A stretch of 64,000 nucleotides of DNA from Acidobacteriota bacterium (lineage in GTDB: Bacteria; Acidobacteriota; UBA6911), in NCBI GenBank assembly GCA_963664705.1, contig OY761556.1, forward strand, positions 6,496,001-6,560,000, in the 5' to 3' direction. The translations under genes and the position numbers were made by a program. This document shows positions 57,525-64,000 of the stretch, in pieces (position 1 is the stretch's first letter; every line of letters starts with the position of its first letter). Under the pieces are notes generated by a model. The model worked only from the letters and a program-made list of their open reading frames with translations. It did no database searches and was not told the origin of the DNA.

Positions 57525-58265
57525 ATGTCGAACGATACGAGGGTAAAGCTTTCGGTTGTCATTCCTGCCTATAACGAGGAATTTCGTCTTCCGGACACGC
57601 TGCGTCACTCGATCGCGTTTTTAAAAAGTCAGCCCTACAGTTCGGAAATCATAGTCGCAAACGACGGTTCCACCGACGGCACGGAAAGAGTTGTCCGCGA
57701 GCAGGCGGATTCCTTTGAACGGCTGACGCTGATCCATCATCCGGATCGCGGGAACCATGGGAAAGGTGCGGCGATACGGCTTGGAATGATGGCGGCCACG
57801 GGCGCCTATCGTCTGTTCATGGACGCCGATAATTCGACCACGCTGAATCAGATCGAAAACTTCTGGCCCTGGTTTGACCGCGGATATGATGTCGTCATCG
57901 GTTCCCGGGCCTTAAAGGAGTCGGTGATTGGGACGCGACAGAACCGGCTGAAGGAAATTGCAGGGCGGATGGGGAACTGGGTGATCCGGACCTTCGCCGT
58001 GCCGGGAGTACAGGATACCCAGGCCGGATTCAAAATGCTGACCGGCGATAAAGCCGCGGTCATTTTCCCCAGGTCCACCATTGACCGATGGGGCTATGAC
58101 ATCGAGATGCTGGTCATCGCGCGGGCGCATGGATGCCGGATAGCGGAGCTTCCGATCCGGTGGATCAATGCCGAAGGAAGCAAAGTCCGGATGAGTACCT
58201 ATTTCGAAGTTTTGGGCGAAGTTTTTAAAATCCGCAGAAACCTCCACGCCGGTCTCTATAAATAA
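57525..58265 (+). CDS. GT2 polyprenyl-phosphate glycosyltransferase (dolichyl-P glucosyltransferase-like)
   Basis: 'VVIPAYNEE.RL', 'NDGSTD', 'GKG.A', 'MDAD', 'DTQ.GFK'. Confidence 0.9.
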   Translation: MSNDTRVKLSVVIPAYNEEFRLPDTLRHSIAFLKSQPYSSEIIVANDGSTDGTERVVREQADSFERLTLIHHPDRGNHGKGAAIRLGMMAATGAYRLFMDADNSTTLNQIENFWPWFDRGYDVVIGSRALKESVIGTRQNRLKEIAGRMGNWVIRTFAVPGVQDTQAGFKMLTGDKAAVIFPRSTIDRWGYDIEMLVIARAHGCRIAELPIRWINAEGSKVRMSTYFEVLGEVFKIRRNLHAGLYK

Positions 58266-58280
58266 GCCGGGCTTCACCGT

Positions 58281-58344
58281 TTCAACGTCCCAACGTTCAA
58301 CGTCCCAACGTCTCAACGTCCAACGTCTCAACGTCCAACGTTCT
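58281..58344. repeat. Mixed 7/8-mer array built on CAACGT
   Basis: TTCAACGTCCCAACGTTCAACGTCCCAACGTCTCAACGTCCAACGTCTCAACGTCCAACGTTC between convergent genes. Confidence 0.85.
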
Positions 58345-58353
58345 TGTTGCCGA

Positions 58354-59193
58354 CTACTCCTTTTTCTTGCTGTTCAGCAGGGCACCCAGTTCGCGGGATC
58401 GTGCCGTGGCGGCTTCGACGGCATCCATGACGGTAGAGCGGAAATTGCCTTTTTCCAGCATCTTCAATCCGGCAAAGGTGGTGCCGCCCGGCGTGGCAAC
58501 GATGTCCTTCAATTCGCTTGGATGACGGCCGGTTTCCAGCAGCATCTTGGCCGCCCCGAAAACAGTCTGCGCGGCAAGAATCGAGGATTCCTTTCGCGAA
58601 ATTCCCAGTTGCACTCCGGCATCGCTGAGCGATTCGATCATGAGAAATACGAAAGCGGGGCCGCTGCCGGAGAGTCCGGTGACAATGTCCATCAGGGCTT
58701 CATTCTTGATCACCACGGCTTTTCCGACGCATTCGAAGATGGAGACGGCGCGCTGCAAATCATCCTGGGAAATGTTGCGTCCCGGGTATAGAGCCGCGAT
58801 GCCGGCAAGCACGGATGCGGGCGCGTTGGGCATGACTCGGATGATTCCCGATTGATGGTGCATTTTGGCAGCCAGTTTTTCGGTAGTGATCCCCGCGGCG
58901 ATTGAAATGAACAGGTGCCCTTCGTGGCTGGAATGGGTCAGTTCATCCAGCAGATCATCAATGTTCTGCGGCTTGACGGCCAGAATGATGATGGATGCGT
59001 TTGCGACCACTTCCACGTTCGAGGCAGTGGTGCGGATGCCGTAGGTGTTCGAGATATAGCTCAATCGATCCCGGCTTGCATCGCTGGCGATGATATCGGT
59101 TTTCTGCACTTTGCCTGATTGGATCAAGCCGCGGATCAGGACCTCGCCCATATTCCCGGCGCCAATAAATCCGACCACTTTCCCACCTAACAT
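58354..59193 (-). CDS. proC: Pyrroline-5-carboxylate reductase
   Basis: 'FIGAGNMG', 'LAVKPQ', 'RVMPN', 'SGSGPA', 'TPGGTT'. Confidence 0.96.
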   Translation of the reverse strand: MLGGKVVGFIGAGNMGEVLIRGLIQSGKVQKTDIIASDASRDRLSYISNTYGIRTTASNVEVVANASIIILAVKPQNIDDLLDELTHSSHEGHLFISIAAGITTEKLAAKMHHQSGIIRVMPNAPASVLAGIAALYPGRNISQDDLQRAVSIFECVGKAVVIKNEALMDIVTGLSGSGPAFVFLMIESLSDAGVQLGISRKESSILAAQTVFGAAKMLLETGRHPSELKDIVATPGGTTFAGLKMLEKGNFRSTVMDAVEAATARSRELGALLNSKKKE

Positions 59194-59268
59194 ATCTCTT
59201 CCTCCTGTTGTCAGGCTGTTCAATCGGGCCGATGGATTGAATCCCGATTGTTTCCGGCTGACGTGGAT

Positions 59269-60804
59269 CTATTTCTTCTTCCTGACAATTTTGCAGACTA
59301 CAGCCGTGATGTCATCGATCTGGGGAAGCCCATCCTGGTAGCTGCGGACTGTCTGGTAAAGGCCGACGACGATCTGCTGCGCGGATTCGTGGCGGTGTTG
59401 CCGAACAAACTCGATGGCTTTTTCTATGCCGAAGGAATCCTGATCGGGCCTCTCCGACTCCGTAATTCCATCGGTCAGCAGCGCGAGAATATCCCCTTCC
59501 TCCAGGTCCAGCGTATTCCGGCAGCCAAATGTATGCTTGGGAAGAAAGCCGAGCGGAATATCCGTGCTTTCGAGCATCTGCTTGACGGTGCCGGACGAAT
59601 TCAGGATGAACCCCGGAGGGTGGCCGGCGCTCGAGTAGACCACCGAGCGGGTCTCAGGCTGAAGGCGGCAAAAAATCAGAGTAGCATAGCGATCCTGCTC
59701 CAGGTCCGAAACGAGCGCATTGTTCGTCAGCGATAGAATTTCGCCGAGATCGGAACTCTTCTGCGCAAAAGCGCGGAGGTAGGCGCGCAATTCAACCATG
59801 AGCAAGGCGGATCCGATGCCGTGCCCGCAGACATCACCGATGGTAATGCCGATGGAATTCCCCGGGAGCTGAATGAAATCAAAATAGTCGCCGCCGGTCG
59901 CGTCTGCCGGGAACGCGGCTCCGGCGAAATCGAATCCGTCGATCTGCGGCGTGGGCATGCTGTAGAACTGCTGCTGCACGGCCCGCGCCAGGCTCATTTG
60001 AAGCTCCTGGTCTTGCAGCTTTCTGAGCTCGGTGACGTCCTTGATCACGGTCACGAAGTGGGTGATGCTCCCGGTGGGGCCCCACATAGGGGTGATCGTC
60101 TGCTCGGCATAAAAGATCTCGCCGGACTTCTTGCGATTGGCTATGGTTCCGCGAAAGACGTTGCCGTCCAGGATGGTCGCCCAGAGCTTTTCGTAAAAGG
60201 AGTCGTCGTGGACTCCGGATTTGAGGATTCGCGGCGTGATGCCGCGCAATTCTTCCTGCGTGTAGCCGGTGGTTGCCTCAAAGGCCGGGTTGACATATTC
60301 GATGACCCCGCCGCGATCGGTGATGATAATGCTGTCGGCAGTTTGCTCCACGGCATTGGTCAACGTGTTGATGCGTGCTTCCGCCTCTTTCCTGGTTGAG
60401 ACATCGTGAAATGTCACAATGCTGCCGTGGATTTCGCCGGCTTCATTGCGCAGAGGCGTAGCCTGGGCGGAGACCCAGAGTCCTGAAAGATGTCTTTCGT
60501 TTAGAATAAAAATTTCAGTTTCAGAAACGGTCTCTCCCCGCAGAGCCCGGGCTGCGGGCAATTCTTCCGTCACATAGGGAGTAACCCCGTCTGTTTTGTA
60601 GCAGCCGTTGACTTCGGTCCAGGAATGGGGGGTTAATTCCGGCCCGCCGCTGGAGAGGAAGAATTGGGCTTTTTTATTGCAAAACAAAAATTTGCCAGCT
60701 TTGTCGGCGACGATCACTCCTTCGGTAAGGTTGTAGATCGTTGAGCGGAGAGTTTCCACTTCATCGATGAGAGGCTGTGACCGATCTCCAAACGCTCGAG
60801 CCAT
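59269..60804 (-). CDS. PAS-PAS-SpoIIE (PP2C) phosphatase, RsbU-like
   Basis: Two PAS domains; 'GGDYFD', 'GDVCGHG', 'AGHPP', 'TDGITE', 'DDIT'. Confidence 0.93.
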   Translation of the reverse strand: MARAFGDRSQPLIDEVETLRSTIYNLTEGVIVADKAGKFLFCNKKAQFFLSSGGPELTPHSWTEVNGCYKTDGVTPYVTEELPAARALRGETVSETEIFILNERHLSGLWVSAQATPLRNEAGEIHGSIVTFHDVSTRKEAEARINTLTNAVEQTADSIIITDRGGVIEYVNPAFEATTGYTQEELRGITPRILKSGVHDDSFYEKLWATILDGNVFRGTIANRKKSGEIFYAEQTITPMWGPTGSITHFVTVIKDVTELRKLQDQELQMSLARAVQQQFYSMPTPQIDGFDFAGAAFPADATGGDYFDFIQLPGNSIGITIGDVCGHGIGSALLMVELRAYLRAFAQKSSDLGEILSLTNNALVSDLEQDRYATLIFCRLQPETRSVVYSSAGHPPGFILNSSGTVKQMLESTDIPLGFLPKHTFGCRNTLDLEEGDILALLTDGITESERPDQDSFGIEKAIEFVRQHRHESAQQIVVGLYQTVRSYQDGLPQIDDITAVVCKIVRKKK

Positions 60805-61139
60805 TGTACGGATCCTTCTATTACAAGGGATTCACTGTAGCATGGTAGTCCGCATTTCTCATTAGTAATCAGTTGCACAAAATTCTTGGAAAACTCTCAT
60901 GAAATAGGCGTTGGACTTGGGAGCGCCGACGCCTCCATAATGCCATTTACTTTTTTCAATTGCCGTTCTTTCGCCCCGCTGGGGCTCATTTTTGTGCTTA
61001 TCTCTACCAGGGGTTCGCTGCGCTCACCCCTGGCTGATATGGAGTGATCGGTCAAGTACAATCAATCCGTTCCTTGTTCGTTCATTTTGGTTTTCTTCGG
61101 TTCATAAATAAATCAGCCAGTAAAAAGAACAGGGGATCG

Positions 61140-61330
61140 AGTTGGCAACAGCGACGATAATCAATCTGATATTCGCGGGTCGATAAGCACGCATGACAAC
61201 TGATTCATCGGGAGCGGCCTCACTCTACTTCCGTGGATTCTGGTTTCCCATACCAACATAGCCAGGTCGAGGTTTCTCCTTTCGAAGCCTGGAACTCGAT
61301 CTCCTGTTCCGTTCACTGACCGAATGTTTC
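61140..61330 (-). ncRNA. Putative bridge RNA / seekRNA of the IS110-family element (boundaries approximate)
   Basis: Non-coding end downstream of the transposase with segments matching the target (CCTGGCTA at 61266-61259; GTAG at 61228-61225) and the donor junction (ATATCAGA at 61172-61165). Confidence 0.65.
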
Positions 61331-61381
61331 CGTTATTAATCCATTGAAGAACAAAATAGCTGCAAGAGCTGGTGCCTTATG

Positions 61382-62476
61382 TCATGCAACACGACCGATA
61401 GCCCAGATAAATCCTGCCAATTCTCGACTTACCGCAACCGCGATCTTTTGTCTTTCTTTCCCTCGGTTGAGCATGCGTCGGAATTTTTGGTTCAATCGCT
61501 TATCGCAACGTTGTGCAATCTCGATAACTTCTGCCGGTAAACACTCTCGTCGTTTCTTGAGAGTTTTGCCAGCTACTGAAGAATGACGGTAGTGCCAGGC
61601 GCTTTCGATCAGCACCCTACGTAGGTGACTGTTTCCCGTTTTGGTTATCCTTCCCCGTCTTTCAAGTTCACCTGAGCTGCTTTCCGAAGGCACCACCCCA
61701 ATAGCGGCCATAAACGAAGGCGCATCGACGAACCGTCTTAAATCGAGCGCTTCTGCGATAATCGTCATCGCCGTCAGAACCTGAACACCTTTTAGCGCCA
61801 TCAAATAGCTGACTCGCTTTTGATAGTTCGGCTGTTTTGCAACTTCCTCGATTTTTTCCTGGAATTTTTTCAACCGCTCCGTCTGTTGCTCAAGCGCCTG
61901 TCGATATTCCTCCAGTACTGTTTGATCCCCATCATCCTCAAACACAAGGCTCTTAATCCATTTTAGGTGCCCAAGCGACCAGTTCTTGCCCTGCGGATAT
62001 TTCAATCCACGTCGCATCAGAAACCGTGCTAATCGATGCCGTGCTCGCTGCTGGTCTTCCAATGCGTCTTCTCGCGCGCGCACTAGATCTCGCAGACTTT
62101 CCTGTTCTTTTTGCGGGATCACAATACATGTTAGTTCTCCCGCTCGGTACAATTTGCCCAGGGCTTTCGCATCCAGCTTATCCGTTTTTACTTTTTTCCC
62201 CGCTCGTCTCGGGGTCAACGAAGGGGCCGCAACCTCACAAGAAATCCCATGTTTGGCCAAATAGCGCTGCAAATAGTATCCATTAACGCCCGCTTCGTAG
62301 ACGCACCGTACATCATCTTCAAATGCCCTTAGCTTTTTCGCTAATCGCCCCAGCCCCGTACTGTCGTTTGATACAACAAGTTCTTCTCGTGGGTTACTTT
62401 CCTGCCCGCGAAAAACTGCGACGTTTATCTTTTTTGCTGAATCATCCATCCCTACCCAAGTGATACAATCTGCCAT
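61382..62476 (-). CDS. IS110-family DEDD recombinase/transposase
   Basis: 'VGMD', 'YEAG', 'KTDKLDA' (DEDD) and C-terminal 'VPSESSSG...GRITKTGN'; GAGGAG RBS before ATG 62476. Confidence 0.96.
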   Translation of the reverse strand: MADCITWVGMDDSAKKINVAVFRGQESNPREELVVSNDSTGLGRLAKKLRAFEDDVRCVYEAGVNGYYLQRYLAKHGISCEVAAPSLTPRRAGKKVKTDKLDAKALGKLYRAGELTCIVIPQKEQESLRDLVRAREDALEDQQRARHRLARFLMRRGLKYPQGKNWSLGHLKWIKSLVFEDDGDQTVLEEYRQALEQQTERLKKFQEKIEEVAKQPNYQKRVSYLMALKGVQVLTAMTIIAEALDLRRFVDAPSFMAAIGVVPSESSSGELERRGRITKTGNSHLRRVLIESAWHYRHSSVAGKTLKKRRECLPAEVIEIAQRCDKRLNQKFRRMLNRGKERQKIAVAVSRELAGFIWAIGRVA

Positions 62477-63013
62477 GATCGGTCTCCTCATGTTTTATGG
62501 CTCTGCAGCTTCGTCACCACGACTTCAGCTGTAACCCACGATATTACATGCTAGAGACCGATCACTCCATTATGTCTACAATCTGCCGCGCCTCCGGCGC
62601 TGACATGATTGCGATTCCAAGTACTCAGGGCAAATAGTGTGCAGCATCAGCCGGGATGGCGGCGTCCCCAGCATGTACTTCAAAAAAATTCCGCTGCACC
62701 TCGCTGTGCCAAGGCTGGATCCGCTAGTTAGCGCTGCAGCTGCATGATAATTGTTCTGAGCTCTGCGACGCGAGCGAAGCGCCAGGCCCGGAGGGCCGAA
62801 AGCAAGTAGCCAGCGCAGCGAACCCCTGGATTGGATTAAGCCTGTAACCAGCCCTGAAGGGGCGAAAGAAAACATCGGGAAAAATTAACTGGCATTAGCT
62901 ATCTTGCCGGCAAGGGGCGTGGCTGCTTGCATGGTGCTGACGCTGCGTTTGCGATTTTGTGTAATTTTGCGTTGGTGGTTGTAGGGATTCTGTTACAATC
63001 ACGGGAACGCTGC

Positions 63014-63112
63014 GGAGGTGAATCTGGCCTGGTGGCTGGCCTGGACTTCAAATCCAGTTGTGGTTTACCGGAAGGTAGGCTAGGTGGGTTCGATTCCCAT
63101 GCACCTCCGCCA
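63014..63112 (+). tRNA. selC: tRNA-Sec (TCA)
   Basis: Anticodon arm CTGGA-CTTCAAA-TCCAG, 6-bp D-stem with 4-nt loop, long variable arm, 5-bp T-stem, G discriminator + CCA. Confidence 0.93.
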
Positions 63113-63230
63113 CATTTGCTCCCGATCCCTGTTTGCTAAATCGCGCAAAATATACTTGTCCTGACTGCAAACATGCCTGGGTCGGGAATGAATGCCTGTC
63201 CGGCTTCGCAACAACTTTCGCGGCTGCAGC

Positions 63231-63416
63231 TTAATAAATCCACTCGGGTTCGCAGAGACTCCCTTCGCTGGCAGCGGTTCTTCCGCAACCTTTGCATACA
63301 AACCTGGAGTCCTTGATCAGAGTCTTCAGGTCCTGCAATCCTGAGTCGGACGAAATGTCTATTTCGCAAATCAACTTATCATCCGATTGGTCCCGGTAAT
63401 TTTTCTCTTCAGACAT
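63231..63416 (-). CDS. Small Cys-containing hypothetical protein
   Basis: GGAGG RBS; 'FVCKGCGRTAASEGSLCEP', likely metal-binding. Confidence 0.7.
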   Translation of the reverse strand: MSEEKNYRDQSDDKLICEIDISSDSGLQDLKTLIKDSRFVCKGCGRTAASEGSLCEPEWIY

Positions 63417-63620
63417 TGGGTACCTCCCTAAAAACGCCTCCACTCTCTGGCTGCAGGCTGCGCCAAAAACGTCATGTGAAACTAACTTTCATATAAAATA
63501 TAAAACTAACGTAGTCAATAAGTAATACTATGTAAACGCATTTCAGGTGGGCAGGCGATGGCGCTCTCTGTAAGCAGCGGGAGGTTGCTTCGTGGAAGCG
63601 GCTTAGCCTTTGTCCGCAGT

Positions 63621-63920
63621 CTAATCCAGTGAATCGCCAAAATATGCGCGGTGAGCAGGGCAACGGCATTTTTTGTCCCACGGCTCAGCACATTGCCGGA
63701 TCAGCCGCACTTTTTCTTCTCCCGCTGATTTGGCTAACGGCCCCCTGAGGCTGGACTCCGCCTCTCCGAGGAAACGGTCGTAGTAAACCTCCACCGTATA
63801 GGCGCCGCAGTCGGGGCAGAAAAAATAGGAATCAATGATTTCATCGCCCAGGATGCCGCCGGAAATCGAGGCCAGCGGCTTTCCGCTCAGCGCTTTCCCG
63901 CATTGAAGGCAAGCGATCAT
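63621..63920 (-). CDS. Small zinc-binding hypothetical protein
   Basis: CLQC...CPDC and C-terminal C...CRCPAH; GAGG RBS. Confidence 0.72.
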   Translation of the reverse strand: MIACLQCGKALSGKPLASISGGILGDEIIDSYFFCPDCGAYTVEVYYDRFLGEAESSLRGPLAKSAGEEKVRLIRQCAEPWDKKCRCPAHRAYFGDSLD

Positions 63921-63948
63921 ACTTCCTCTTCCTTCCGGAAAAAGTTGT

Positions 63949-64000
63949 TTAGCGCTTTTCCAGCTTGAACCAGGTCATGGCGTCATAGGGTACCTTGCCC
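63949..64000 (-). CDS. 3' end of a gene entering from outside the window
   Basis: Open frame ...GKVPYDAMTWFKLEKR-stop, just upstream of the 63920 gene. Confidence 0.4.
   Translation of the reverse strand, partial: GKVPYDAMTWFKLEKR

Larger units (their letters stand above)
61034..62577 (-). mobile_element. IS110-family element, IS1111-type (subterminal IRs, CT core, long non-coding 3' end)
   Basis: 15-bp IR ATGGAGTGATCGGTC (61039-61053) / GACCGATCACTCCAT (62556-62570); CT at both junctions (61034-35, 62576-77); removing the element restores the REP sequence CCCCTGGCTACAATCTGCCGCGCCTCCGGCGC. Confidence 0.92.
60938..62897. repeat. MITE/REP-doublet element interrupted by the IS110-family element
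   Basis: Perfect terminal inverted repeat TAATGCCA (60938) / TGGCATTA (62890-62897); the halves align with the 55159 and 36330 elements. Confidence 0.8.

Noticed and set aside
26890-64000. Selenoprotein genes (in-frame UGA) near selC
   Set aside because: The genes examined look full-length; I saw no split ORF with a Cys-equivalent UGA, though a bSECIS search was not possible.

Overview
The window has two parts and most likely comes from an anaerobic Acidobacteriota-like bacterium (inferred from gene families). Bases 1 to ~26.6 kb are the right arm of an integrative conjugative element (ICE) whose tyrosine integrase abuts the 3' end of tRNA-Met. The arm carries a VirB2-3-4-5-6-8-9-10 conjugation operon, a divergent ECF-like sigma/zinc-binding anti-sigma pair, and a TonB-dependent receptor/exported TPR-CHAT caspase-like protease/PhoD-like operon. 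Between the last two sits a defence-type block: IetAS-like AAA ATPase + S8 protease, CapP/CapH-like metallopeptidase + XRE repressor, and a two-gene bacterial ubiquitination-like operon (Ubl-Ubl-E2 fusion and JAB-E1 fusion). The rest (~26.7-64 kb) is more GC-rich core genome: molybdoenzyme, histidine kinases, VOR/PFOR, multiheme cytochromes, lhgO, hemG/Y, ABC permeases, fbaB, proC and tRNA-Sec. Its intergenic spaces hold 7-mer/9-mer repeat elements and REP-type miniature elements, a triplicated gene 3' end with mostly synonymous differences, and an IS110-family (IS1111-type) element whose non-coding end contains matches to its own target and donor junction (bridge/seekRNA-like). All functional calls come from motif recognition by eye; no database searches were run.
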